A DNA stretch of 64,000 bases from an uncultured Spirochaetota bacterium (GCA_964521865.1 CAZFTJ010000003.1:183745-247744), one strand, 5' to 3'. Numbered from the stretch's first letter, positions 49,603-59,343 are shown. Numbers and translations are program-made. The notes: a model not told the origin generated them from the letters alone.

Positions 49603-52009
49603 ATGTATTGCGCCCAGGAAAACTGAAGTAGGCCGCCGAGTATAAACCCGCTGCAATTAAATAAATCATAGTAAAACCAAGCTGCATGGAAAGAATACTT
49701 GTTACAACGGTTGCAAAAACAGATACCGAACCGTTGATGGATAACGCCCACGGGAGAAATTTTTCCCTACGGTTGGAAATTATCTGCAATCCAAGTGGAA
49801 AAGGGAAGCCCATAAAAAACCCAAGAGGGGCGAGAGCAATAAGTGCAATAACAATGCGAATAATTACCGGAAACCCAATGAGCGTTCCAAAAAGAGGAGT
49901 AAATAAAAACACATTTAGCAAAAGTGATCCGATAACTCCGGATACTCCCACCGTAATTCCTCGTAACGGTCTATCCGTATATCTGCTCGAAAATTGCGAG
50001 CCGAGCCCGGAAAAAACAAGCAGTGCGGAAATTACAAATGCCACGCTGTAGAGTGGATTTGCAAGGAATAGGGTCAACTTCTGAATAACGGCAATCTCAA
50101 TAAACATAAAACCCATCCCCAAAACGGAAAAGTAAATGATTACCCGGCATTTTCCCTTTTCCTTCGAAAATCTCCTGTGGGAAAAAAGCAATGGAAACGA
50201 AATAATCAGAAAGCTAAAGATTATCCCCTGGAACAAAGTGGCCCAGAGGAGGAGGTAGCCCCATTCGGAATACGGTATAGTATCCATTCCGCCGTTCAAG
50301 CCAAAAAGGTTTAAAGAAGTCGAAAAACGTAGAAACTGGTTGAAATACGGTTTATTGTCGCTGGGTGGATTTATATTAAAAAAATAGGAATTGAGGAATG
50401 ACTTTTCCGAGTTTCCAAGATACGCCTCGGCAAGTTTATAGTATAATTCATTATTGATCTGATTATTAATATTGGTATCCTGAGATTTAATGCCTGGAAA
50501 GTATGAAAAATCGGCACTGAGATCACCAACCTTTTTTTTTGTTAACTCAATATCATGGTCGGCAAAAATACCGTTTTTTATCATTACCGAACCCCAATCG
50601 AGTCCGCGGATAAAAATCATCCTTCTTGAAAAATCGCCCGGATGCATCTTTTTTAAATATGAGAAAGATAACGATTCAAGCTTTAATAATGTACGGGGAG
50701 GAGATTTCATATTCATGGAAATGTACAGGATACCGTCTTTTTTTAACCTTGAAATGTATTCGGAGATAGCCTCGGTGGTAAATAGATAGTTTTCTCCGTG
50801 CCCCGTTCCTGATGAAAACGAAATACCGGATGAGACCATTGCAGGAATAAGAATAAGATCGTATTTTCCCTTTTCTCGCTTACAAAAAGACCGCCCGTTA
50901 CTTATCCGAATGCTGAGATTATTCTCATTCCAAAGCCCTGCTGTATATTGTTTAAAGTTTTTATGTATCAAAGAAACAAGCGGCTTGTTCGGCTCTACCG
51001 CGGTAATTCTACGGGCGCCAAGCCTTTCGGCAAACAGGATGGGGTTACCGCCATCTACTCCAAGAATCAATACTTCAGGTTTTTTTTTAATTGAGAAAGG
51101 TAAAGAAAACGGAAGATAGTTTATATATTCGGCATCCTTGTCCTTGAAATTTCTTAAAATGCCCGACGCAGATATTCCATCAATAAAAACACCGTCCTCA
51201 TTGGGTACATCTACTTTATAACTTGAAAGAGAAAGCCCCGGGGCAAAATGAAATTGTTCACTTCTCACTATCTGAATATACCCCAGAGGTGAAGAAACCG
51301 TTTTTATTATCCTGGAATCGGGCGCTTTCAGGGCGTATGAAATATCTTTATATTGAGAAATCTTCAGGCTTATACCAAGAAAATAAGGGACCAAAGCTGC
51401 AACTAATACGATACCAGCAAAAATAGTCTGTCTCATCCATTTATATTTTTTAATCTGAAAAAGCAAAGCCAGTGCACCAAAAAAAATTACAGGAAGCATC
51501 AAATACTGGGGGCTGAGAAAAAACATGATAATAAGGATGGAAATTGCTCCGATTCCGGAACCAAACATATTAAAAAAATAAAGCGTTCCGATTCTTTTCT
51601 TCATCTTTAAGAATGCAAGATTGATAAAAAGAGAGCCGGCAAAAAAGGGCATAAAGTAAATGGCATAGTAGAGACCGAGATAAATTAGCTGTTTTTTATC
51701 CTGATGCAGGCTTTGCGGAACAAAGGGGACCTGCTCACCCAAAATAAAGACATACGCTGAAATAACTATAAAAGCAGAGGCCGACCAGAAGAGCCACTCA
51801 TCCAGGACAGGCTCTATATTGTCCTTATATATCGTAAGTACTGTTGCGGAAAGTCCATAACCGAGAATTGCTATGCTTATAATCATTGCTGCGAAACCGG
51901 AGCTGTTAATAACACTCATAAATCGGATGCTTCCCATTTCCACGGCAAGTGTTGCGATAGATATAAAAAAAACAGAAACGAGGTATCTTTTTGCCATTTT
52001 TATGAACAC
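49589..52009 (-). CDS. Membrane-bound spermidine-synthase-like (aminopropyltransferase-fold) protein
   Basis: 806 aa; many hydrophobic helices at both ends; central soluble region colinear with the spermidine-synthase fold (VLILGVDGGNPILFAERLGARRITAVEPNKPLV; KYDLILI; LKKDGILY). Confidence 0.6.
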   Translation of the reverse strand: MFIKMAKRYLVSVFFISIATLAVEMGSIRFMSVINSSGFAAMIISIAILGYGLSATVLTIYKDNIEPVLDEWLFWSASAFIVISAYVFILGEQVPFVPQSLHQDKKQLIYLGLYYAIYFMPFFAGSLFINLAFLKMKKRIGTLYFFNMFGSGIGAISILIIMFFLSPQYLMLPVIFFGALALLFQIKKYKWMRQTIFAGIVLVAALVPYFLGISLKISQYKDISYALKAPDSRIIKTVSSPLGYIQIVRSEQFHFAPGLSLSSYKVDVPNEDGVFIDGISASGILRNFKDKDAEYINYLPFSLPFSIKKKPEVLILGVDGGNPILFAERLGARRITAVEPNKPLVSLIHKNFKQYTAGLWNENNLSIRISNGRSFCKREKGKYDLILIPAMVSSGISFSSGTGHGENYLFTTEAISEYISRLKKDGILYISMNMKSPPRTLLKLESLSFSYLKKMHPGDFSRRMIFIRGLDWGSVMIKNGIFADHDIELTKKKVGDLSADFSYFPGIKSQDTNINNQINNELYYKLAEAYLGNSEKSFLNSYFFNINPPSDNKPYFNQFLRFSTSLNLFGLNGGMDTIPYSEWGYLLLWATLFQGIIFSFLIISFPLLFSHRRFSKEKGKCRVIIYFSVLGMGFMFIEIAVIQKLTLFLANPLYSVAFVISALLVFSGLGSQFSSRYTDRPLRGITVGVSGVIGSLLLNVFLFTPLFGTLIGFPVIIRIVIALIALAPLGFFMGFPFPLGLQIISNRREKFLPWALSINGSVSVFATVVTSILSMQLGFTMIYLIAAGLYSAAYFSFPGRNTSTIS

Positions 52010-52012
52010 TTC

Positions 52013-52783
52013 TTACGATTTATTATACTTTTCAAGCATCTTGCCGGTGAAGGGGACAAATTTACAGGACCTCAATCGCTGTGTTGTAATTTTACCATCT
52101 TCTTTCTTGTTTATTAACAGCAAGGTCTGCCTGTCAAAGGGATTGCCCACCGGGATAACGATAATACCTCCCGGTTTTAACTGGCGAAGAAGATACACGG
52201 GAACATGGTCGGCAGCACAGGTTACGATAATCTTATCGTATGGAGCATATGAGTCCCAGCCGTAATAACCGTCCCCCGTTTTTCCTTTAATGTTTGAATA
52301 TCCAAGCTCTTTCCATCTTCTGGCGGCCTGTTCTGCAAGCTGTGGAACAATCTCAATGCTATACACCTTTGATGTAATCTGAGATAAAATCGAAGCCTGG
52401 TATCCTGAACCTGAACCGATCTCAAGCACAGAGTCCCCCGGTTTAAGTTCCAGCAGATTTGTCATGTATGCTACAAACCACATATTGGTAATTGTCTGTC
52501 CATATCCAATGGGAAGCGGATACTCTTTATACGTATCATTGCGCTTGCTTTTGGGAACAAAAAATTCACGTGGAACCGCAAGAACCGCTTTAAGAACACT
52601 CTCACTAAAATTAGTGGTTTCGCTGTAATGCGCCACTCTTTCCTTTCGCTGCTTCAGATAGTATTCAGGTGATACATAACTGTACCCCGATAACGGAACG
52701 ACCATACAATAAACGATAACAATTATTGCTAAGCACCTTAATGCCTTCATACCATCCTCCGGTTTACTCAATTTTATCATCAA
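52013..52783 (-). CDS. pcm: Protein-L-isoaspartate O-methyltransferase, with N-terminal signal/anchor
   Basis: SAM-binding motif VLEIGSGSGYQ plus the post-I and motif II/III regions of PIMT (KVYSIEIVPQLAEQA; GGIIVIPVG). Hydrophobic N-terminus suggests export; the start may be M1 or M12. Confidence 0.8.
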   Translation of the reverse strand: MMIKLSKPEDGMKALRCLAIIVIVYCMVVPLSGYSYVSPEYYLKQRKERVAHYSETTNFSESVLKAVLAVPREFFVPKSKRNDTYKEYPLPIGYGQTITNMWFVAYMTNLLELKPGDSVLEIGSGSGYQASILSQITSKVYSIEIVPQLAEQAARRWKELGYSNIKGKTGDGYYGWDSYAPYDKIIVTCAADHVPVYLLRQLKPGGIIVIPVGNPFDRQTLLLINKKEDGKITTQRLRSCKFVPFTGKMLEKYNKS

Positions 52784-52855
52784 TCATTCCAACCTTCTAA
52801 GATACTATTTGCTTTGACATTAAGAAAATAAGGATTAAAAATTAATTGGAGATTA

Positions 52856-52890
52856 AAGGAAGATTAAAACTCTTTAATTTTAATGGGGAG
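52856..52890. repeat. Palindrome-containing 33-nt element, copy 1 (overlaps the 3' end of the histidine kinase gene)
   Basis: AAGGAAGATTAAAACTCTTTAATTTTAATGGGG; about 30 of 33 identical to 56461-56493, with weaker similarity extending to 52811. Contains inverted 7-mers ATTAAAA/TTTTAAT. Confidence 0.6.
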
Positions 52891-54222
52891 AAGAACGGTA
52901 AAAATACTCCCTTTCCCAGGTGTACTTTGGACTTCAACACAGCCCTTATGCGCATCAACTATCCATTTTACGATGGAAAGGCCCAGTCCTGTCCCATCCC
53001 CGCTCCTCGCATCGTCTATCCTGTAGAACCTGTCGAAAATATGATCGAGATGCTCGAGCGGTATTCCTGCACCGCTGTCTTCCACCGTTATTTTCGCACA
53101 CTCGCCTTCTCTATGGAGCCCCACAGTAACCAGTCCATGCTCGCTGTTATACTTTATTCCATTGTCAATCAGATTAATGAACAGCCGTGTAATAAGTGTC
53201 TGATCGACTCGCATTTTAATACTCCTATCACCCTGAAAAACAAGTCTTACTCCGTTTTTCTCCGCTATGCTTCTCATTTCATCAACGACCTCTTCGGCGA
53301 TGATCCCGATATCTATATCTTCTATTTCCATTCTATACTTGTTTTCGTCCCCTCTTGTCAGGTTTAACAACTGAGCTACCATCACACCCATTTTCCTGCT
53401 CTCCTTCAGAATAATCTGCAAAGCTTCTCTGTATTCACTTACCGTTCTATTTCCTGCAAGCGCCTCTTCCGACTGAGCGGAAATAACTGCTATCGGAGTC
53501 CTCAGCTCATGAGATGCATCCGAGGTAAACTGCCTCTCCCTCTTAAATGAGGATTCCAATTTTTCAAGCATATCATCGAAAACTTTCACGAGCCTCCCCA
53601 CCTCGTCTTTAACCTCCGGCAGGTTGAGCCTCTGTGTTAAATCGCCACGCCCAATTGCCTCCGCAGTTCTCGTTATATGATCTATCGGAGCCAACGATTT
53701 TTTTGCGAGAAACAACGCTCCTACAACAGCAATAACTATGCCGGCAGGTACGGCGAACAGTATCATCATTTTCAGAATATCAAGCGTCTCTTTGACAGGA
53801 TTGAGTGAGCGAACCGCACGTACCCATGCAACTATTCTGTTTTCTTCATACACTGCCTGATCGTATACAAGAAAGTTCTCTTCATGTATTTCAAAATTTC
53901 TTATCTTGTTGAACTCCGGAGTAAGCTTGGAAATCTGTGGATAGGGCCTGCTTCCTGCAACTATCCTGTTTTTTACATCATACAGAGTAACGGATGTTCC
54001 GGTGGTTTTAAATTCCTGAAGCTCACTGTTGGTGATATTCCCATTTTCAACCTCTACTGACGATACAACCTGCGCAGCGTGTGCCTTTATAAGCTCTTTC
54101 GTCCCCTGATACATGATCTTTGACATCGAAACATAGATAAATGCACTGAAACCCCCGAGCAGCAGCAGAAGCATTGAGGTGAACCATAGAGTGATCTTTG
54201 CACTGATCGTTAATCTTCTCAC
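52864..54222 (-). CDS. Sensor histidine kinase (two transmembrane segments, HAMP, HisKA, HATPase_c)
   Basis: 452 aa; H-box SHELRTPIAVI, N box LIDNGIKYN, G boxes DSGAGIP and GTGLGLSIV; periplasmic loop between two hydrophobic segments. Confidence 0.88.
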   Translation of the reverse strand: MRRLTISAKITLWFTSMLLLLLGGFSAFIYVSMSKIMYQGTKELIKAHAAQVVSSVEVENGNITNSELQEFKTTGTSVTLYDVKNRIVAGSRPYPQISKLTPEFNKIRNFEIHEENFLVYDQAVYEENRIVAWVRAVRSLNPVKETLDILKMMILFAVPAGIVIAVVGALFLAKKSLAPIDHITRTAEAIGRGDLTQRLNLPEVKDEVGRLVKVFDDMLEKLESSFKRERQFTSDASHELRTPIAVISAQSEEALAGNRTVSEYREALQIILKESRKMGVMVAQLLNLTRGDENKYRMEIEDIDIGIIAEEVVDEMRSIAEKNGVRLVFQGDRSIKMRVDQTLITRLFINLIDNGIKYNSEHGLVTVGLHREGECAKITVEDSGAGIPLEHLDHIFDRFYRIDDARSGDGTGLGLSIVKWIVDAHKGCVEVQSTPGKGSIFTVLLPIKIKEF

Positions 54223-54896
54223 TACTTCTCCTTAAGAATATACCCGCTTCCTCTCAGAGTATGGATCAATTTTGTTTTAAAACCGTCATCGATCTTGCGC
54301 CTTAAATACCGTATGTATACCTCCACGACATTGGAGTTATAGTCAAAGTCGTAATTCCAGACATGTTCTATGATCTGAGACCTTGTCAGGAGTATTCCCT
54401 TGTTTCGCAAGAAATATTCGAGCATGGCGTATTCCTTTGCCGTCAGCTCAATAATTTTTTCACCTCTTTTGGCAATATGCGTTGTCGTATCAAGGGTTAG
54501 ATCCCCAACTCTTAATACCACTTCTCTTTCTTCCCCGCGCCTTCTCAACAGTGCCCTCACTCTTGCTAAAAGCTCGTCGAAAGAAAAAGGTTTGGTCAGA
54601 TAATCATCGGCGCCCATGTCAAGCCCCCTCACCCTGTCTTCAATCGCATCTTTTGCCGTTAAAATCAAAACTGGCGTCGGTTTTTTTCTTATCCTTAATT
54701 TTTGCAGCACCGTAAAACCGTCAATAACAGGAAGCATTAAATCAAGAATTATACAATCGTAATTCACAACTTCAGCGAAATCCAGCCCTTCCTGCCCGTC
54801 CTTAGCCGTATCAACAATATACCCCGCCTCCTTCAATCGCCTGGCTATTGTTTTGAGCAGGGAGGGCTCATCCTCCACAACCAGCATCCTCATCAT
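54222..54896 (-). CDS. OmpR-family response regulator
   Basis: 224 aa; receiver (MLVVEDEP...ILDLMLP...LTAKD) plus winged-helix output domain (VYIRYLRRKID...LRGSGY). Confidence 0.9.
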   Translation of the reverse strand: MMRMLVVEDEPSLLKTIARRLKEAGYIVDTAKDGQEGLDFAEVVNYDCIILDLMLPVIDGFTVLQKLRIRKKPTPVLILTAKDAIEDRVRGLDMGADDYLTKPFSFDELLARVRALLRRRGEEREVVLRVGDLTLDTTTHIAKRGEKIIELTAKEYAMLEYFLRNKGILLTRSQIIEHVWNYDFDYNSNVVEVYIRYLRRKIDDGFKTKLIHTLRGSGYILKEK

Positions 54897-54901
54897 TGGC
54901 C

Positions 54902-54974
54902 CCTTCCTTCATACCTACCCCGGTCATTTCCTGCACACCGATCCTTATTCCGTCAGGATTGGCGACGTTCCTGA
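54902..54974. repeat. Duplicated fragment of the glyA 3' region, immediately upstream of the response-regulator start
   Basis: About 72 nt at around 93% identity to 56722-56793 inside glyA; the fragment translates as NVANPDGIRIGVQEMTGVGMKE and ends at the regulator ATG. Confidence 0.7.
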
Positions 54975-54987
54975 ATAGATTTTTTTA

Positions 54988-55551
54988 TCAATCAATTATA
55001 GGGATTTTTAGCCCGATAGTCGAGGAAATGCCGCTAACATTAAGGTCTTCTATTGACGGTGGAATTAAAAACTTATATTTAATATCCAGGATGAATGATA
55101 ACCTGTTTTTCAAGGGAAACTCAAGGCCTGTATTAATAATGTACCCATACGTGGCTGAATAATACGGTCTTTCAAACCATGGATTCTTGTCGAATTTGAA
55201 AATTACACCGAAACCCGCACCAAAAAAAGGTCTGATCCTGGTATCCGGTTCTGTATTTGTGTATAAAGCAATCAGATTCATTGGAACTATAAGAAGCGTA
55301 TGCCTTTTTCCGTTGTATTTCACCGATGTAAATGTTGCACCTGAAGAAATATTAAAAGATAAGTGTGTCCTTTTATAAACATCGGTTGCAATAATTGCTG
55401 ATGGCGCGATTTTATAAAACTCTTTTGAAACTTCATCTGTAAAATCATAAATACCGAATTGTAGCACTAAATTGTCAGCCAATAACGGTAACGGCGAAAA
55501 AATAATTAAAAGAACAAAGAGCTTATAAATCGAAATCTTCGATAACTTCAT
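54988..55551 (-). CDS. Putative outer-membrane beta-barrel protein
   Basis: Signal peptide (KLFVLLIIFSPLPLLA), then alternating hydrophobic/aromatic strands; ends IPIID without a typical terminal aromatic residue. Start at ATG 55551. Confidence 0.45.
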   Translation of the reverse strand: MKLSKISIYKLFVLLIIFSPLPLLADNLVLQFGIYDFTDEVSKEFYKIAPSAIIATDVYKRTHLSFNISSGATFTSVKYNGKRHTLLIVPMNLIALYTNTEPDTRIRPFFGAGFGVIFKFDKNPWFERPYYSATYGYIINTGLEFPLKNRLSFILDIKYKFLIPPSIEDLNVSGISSTIGLKIPIID

Positions 55552-56365
55552 TAAAAATTCCAATCGTTTTAATATTTATTCTGTTCGTTTTTTCATAAAT
55601 AGAAACTTTAAGGAAATGATAAAAATCTTCACCATATCCATAATCCAAAGGCGCGCCCGCACCTCCAGTAGTGATATACGTAACATTATCCTTTACAAAT
55701 TTATTATATGAATGTTCGTGCGAAACAATAACGGCTTTTATTTTATCGTACAAAGTGAAAAGATGATGGACCTCGTCTGCATTTTTCATATTTGTGCCTT
55801 TATATACGCCTTGAGGATAAAGGGGGTGGTGAATAAAGATAAAAACATTTTTGATGTCAGGTTTAGAAGCTGCGGAATCCAATTGATTCTTTAACCAATT
55901 GAATTGTTTTAGACCAATGCTATTTTCTTCATTACGAATATAGGAATCAAGAATTATAAAATATGAATGTGAATAACCAAATGAAAAATAAAACGTATCC
56001 CTTGATATACCGGTTTGTTCTTTAAAAATTTCTTCTGATTTTTTATCATTCCCTTCATGATTTCCCCTTGCTATATAAAGCGGCATTTTATCTGTGAGGG
56101 GTTTAGAATAATGCCAGAAATCCGCCCATTCGACCTCATTGCCACTTTTTTTCATAATATCGCCATTGCATATAGCAAATTTAGGAGTAGGCTCAATGGT
56201 TCTCATATATTCTACAAGCTTACCGTATACTCCAAATCCCTGTCTCAAATCACCGAACACAACAAACGACCAATCCTCATCAGAAGGCTCAATTTGTACT
56301 ACAGAACAGGACGGAATAAGTATTATGATTGCTATAAATACTTTTTTTAAAATTTTTAAGACCAT
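55523..56365 (-). CDS. Calcineurin-like metallophosphoesterase, probable lipoprotein
   Basis: Metallophosphatase motifs GDLRQ, GDIM, GNHE and IHHP...HEH; N-terminal signal with LIPSC lipobox. Confidence 0.75.
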   Translation of the reverse strand: MVLKILKKVFIAIIILIPSCSVVQIEPSDEDWSFVVFGDLRQGFGVYGKLVEYMRTIEPTPKFAICNGDIMKKSGNEVEWADFWHYSKPLTDKMPLYIARGNHEGNDKKSEEIFKEQTGISRDTFYFSFGYSHSYFIILDSYIRNEENSIGLKQFNWLKNQLDSAASKPDIKNVFIFIHHPLYPQGVYKGTNMKNADEVHHLFTLYDKIKAVIVSHEHSYNKFVKDNVTYITTGGAGAPLDYGYGEDFYHFLKVSIYEKTNRINIKTIGIFNEVIEDFDL

Positions 56366-56460
56366 ACCGACCCGGCACTGTACATATAATCGAGGTATTT
56401 GTTTTAAGACATATACACATTATTTAAGGTAGCTTAAGGCTTGAACATTAAAGGAAAATT

Positions 56461-56496
56461 AAGGGAAGATTAAAACTTTTTAATTTTAACGGGTGG
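56461..56496. repeat. Palindrome-containing 33-nt element, copy 2 (upstream of the metallophosphoesterase gene)
   Basis: AAGGGAAGATTAAAACTTTTTAATTTTAACGGG; similarity to copy 1 extends to about 56439. No kinase gene is attached here. Confidence 0.6.
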
Positions 56497-56566
56497 CGCC
56501 TTTTATTTTTTTCTGCAAATGAGATTTTTCCAAACACGTCGATAAACAGATGCCCGGTTTTCGCGT

Positions 56567-57841
56567 TTACAGCCTGTTCGGCGATTCGAGCTCTGATAGA
56601 AGCTCGTCAAATGAATACTTCACCGTTTCGAAGTTTTCACGGAATTTATTGACCCTTTCCCTCACTTCCTTACCCTTCTGAATGCAGAAGGCAATGAAGT
56701 CGGCAATCTGCTCCATTTCTTCCTCCTTCATACCTACCCTGGTCATCTCCTGCACCCCGATTCTTATTCCGTCAGGATTGGCGACGTTCCTGAGCGGCTC
56801 ATGGGGAAGTATATTCATATTCAGGATAATATCGTTCTCCTTTAGAAGGTTCGCCACCATTTTCCCGCCTCCGTACTCTTTGACATCGGCCGCAATCTGA
56901 TGGGACTCGGTAAACCCGAACTCCTCGGCAACCACATTGAATTTTTTATGTTTCATCGCCCTTCCGAGTGCTTTCGCATTTTTAACTACCTGATTACTGT
57001 ACTCCTTCCCGAAACTGATGATCTCCTGGGTCGCGACTGCAAGTCCGACCAGGGTATCGAGGTGATGATTGCTCGATGAGCCCGGGAAGGCACCTTTGTC
57101 GACTTTCTGCCACTCCGTGCTGCCCATATTGCTCAGTATTATCCCCCGCTGGGTTCCGAAATAGGTCTTGTGAGTGCTGCCGGTAACGATGAATGCACCC
57201 TCGCCGATGGGATCCTGAAACATGCCGCCGGCAATAAGACCGAGCACATGGGCCGCGTCGTATACCATTTTTATTCGATATTCGGAACAGATGTCTCTGA
57301 GCTCCCTGAGGGGCTCGGGAAAGAGAAAGAGGCTCTTGCCGAAGATGAGCATCCGTGGCCTGCACACATGAATGAGCTCTTTCGTGCGTTCGATATCGAT
57401 ATGAAACCCATCTCTCGAAAGTGGAAAATCAATGACATTCTTTGTAAATTTACCGACCGATCCGGCAAGATGGTGGCTGATATGCCCGCCGCCCGGAGTT
57501 GAGTTAACCATAACGATATCGCCGTTTGCAATAAAACTGGAAAATACCGCTTCATTTGCGTTGGTTCCGCTTATCGGGCGGACATCTGCATGTGAGCATC
57601 GGAAAAGCGTCTTAATATCGTTTCTGAGATCGCTTTCGATTTTGTCGATGAACTCCGTACCCTGATAGTACCGTTCGCCCGGATGTCCCTCCGCATATCG
57701 GTGCGCAAAATCCGACCCTGCAAGCTGCCGGACGGTTTGAGACATAATGTTCTCGCTCGCAATGAGATTCACCGTCCTTCTTCTCCATTCATTCTGCTTC
57801 CTGACACTCTCATAGAGATTTCTCACATATTTCTCAAGCAT
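56567..57841 (-). CDS. glyA: Serine hydroxymethyltransferase
   Basis: SHMT motifs (NLIASENIMS; PLP-lysine region VTGSTHKTYFGTQRG). Start at ATG 57841 preceded by AAAGGAG; the track ORF begins 45 nt earlier. Confidence 0.8.
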   Translation of the reverse strand: MLEKYVRNLYESVRKQNEWRRRTVNLIASENIMSQTVRQLAGSDFAHRYAEGHPGERYYQGTEFIDKIESDLRNDIKTLFRCSHADVRPISGTNANEAVFSSFIANGDIVMVNSTPGGGHISHHLAGSVGKFTKNVIDFPLSRDGFHIDIERTKELIHVCRPRMLIFGKSLFLFPEPLRELRDICSEYRIKMVYDAAHVLGLIAGGMFQDPIGEGAFIVTGSTHKTYFGTQRGIILSNMGSTEWQKVDKGAFPGSSSNHHLDTLVGLAVATQEIISFGKEYSNQVVKNAKALGRAMKHKKFNVVAEEFGFTESHQIAADVKEYGGGKMVANLLKENDIILNMNILPHEPLRNVANPDGIRIGVQEMTRVGMKEEEMEQIADFIAFCIQKGKEVRERVNKFRENFETVKYSFDELLSELESPNRL

Positions 57842-57870
57842 GTTCTTTCCCCAGCTCCTTTCCGAAGAAG

Positions 57871-57906
57871 GGTATAATAAAAACACCCCCGCGAAGCAGA
57901 GGTGTT
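57871..57906 (-). terminator. Stem-loop plus U-run directly upstream of the glyA ribosome-binding site (terminator of the upstream gene, or an attenuator)
   Basis: Minus-strand reading: ACACCTCTGC-ttc-GCGGGGGTGT followed by TTTTTATTAT; sits 30-60 nt upstream of the glyA ATG. Confidence 0.4.
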
Positions 57907-58062
57907 AGAAAAGTACTACATTTATCCCCGTTTGAAAACTCCTCGTTTGTATAACCCTGTTTTGTTCAATAGAGATTTCACGCGAACGGGAGCCGTATGA
58001 CCTGCGCCTGTAAACCGTATCGCTTTGACCGCCCTATAGCCGTAATTTTGCCCTGCCTCAGG

Positions 58063-58965
58063 TCATTCGACCGAGGCACCCATCGAAGCTTTGGGCGGCG
58101 TTACGTCTGTGAAGAAACTCAGCTCCTGAGGATCTGATTCGTTTCCGAGGTTGTCGACCGCTTTCACCCTGAGGACATGGCGTCCCGGCTTCTGTACCAT
58201 GAAGGGGCTCGTATACGCAACGTACTCACTGCCGTCAAGGGAAACAAGAATATCCCGCACGCCGGACATGCCGTCGTTTGCACTGAGTGAATACTCGTTT
58301 GACCTGTTCGTGTAATTAATTCCGTCAACCACAACAAATTGGTCCTCTGGTGTAATGCGCACTACCGGAGGGGTGCTGTCAACATATCCTTCCACCGTGA
58401 ATTCGGCCGTTTTGTTTCCGACATTATCGACTGTATATGCGGTTGCGCTGTGGCGGCCTTCCTGAGTTATGACCATCGGTTCGGTATATGCGATATACCC
58501 GCTGTCGTCAAGGGATACGTAAATCGAATCGACGCCCGAGAGATTGTCCTCTGCCCAGAGCACAATCGCGCTTTTTGTCGATATGTATATTTTACCGTTG
58601 TTGACAAAGAGCGGACCGTCTACCGAGGCAATACCGTCGGGCGGAGTCCCGTCGACGATGACCGAATAAATCTGTTCACTGCTTATATTGTCCGTTTTAT
58701 CTATCGCCCTGTACACGATAATGTGTCTGCCCTCTGTCGAGAAACTGATCGGGCCGTTGTACACCTGAAGAGCGGATCCGTCCACACTGTACTGAATTTC
58801 CTTCAAACTCGATTCATTGTCATTTGCGGACAAAACAAAGCTCGCTGTCATGGGGACATAATCGATAATTCCGTCGTTATAGATCCTCATTTCCTGTCCG
58901 CTCAGAATCTGCAGGGAGCATACACCGAATATGAGAATAAATGATGTGACAAGCCATTTTTTCAT
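58063..58965 (-). CDS. Secreted protein with three tandem Ig-like repeats of about 75 aa
   Basis: Signal peptide (MKKWLVTSFILIFGVCSL); three internal repeats sharing the pattern SxxDxxSGV..I.VSLDxSxY.AYT.P......GRH. Confidence 0.55.
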   Translation of the reverse strand: MKKWLVTSFILIFGVCSLQILSGQEMRIYNDGIIDYVPMTASFVLSANDNESSLKEIQYSVDGSALQVYNGPISFSTEGRHIIVYRAIDKTDNISSEQIYSVIVDGTPPDGIASVDGPLFVNNGKIYISTKSAIVLWAEDNLSGVDSIYVSLDDSGYIAYTEPMVITQEGRHSATAYTVDNVGNKTAEFTVEGYVDSTPPVVRITPEDQFVVVDGINYTNRSNEYSLSANDGMSGVRDILVSLDGSEYVAYTSPFMVQKPGRHVLRVKAVDNLGNESDPQELSFFTDVTPPKASMGASVE

Positions 58966-59343
58966 TGCGAACCCCTCCTCGATTTTTTCTATGGTTTTGT
59001 CAATTAAACTCCGGTTATTCGGACGCTTCGCATCCGGATAGTACCAACGGTTAGCGGATATAACCCTCCTTGCATATCCTGGAGGACTTGCCGCTTGACG
59101 GCGGCATTATTTATACCAGAATTCTATGCTCAAGGACATCTATTACAATGTCCTGCAGTTGTATTCTGCAGGTAAAAAACCTGCGGCATGGGCCGGATAG
59201 CACCATGTAGAATTGAAAGTTCGCTTGCATACAGTGTACTTGAAGAACAGCAATTGTCAATGAAAATTGGATGCGAGGTCCCATCGATTATGAAAACGAG
59301 CAATCGAATCAGAGGGGAGCAGCGCCTGATGTTCGCAAACATC

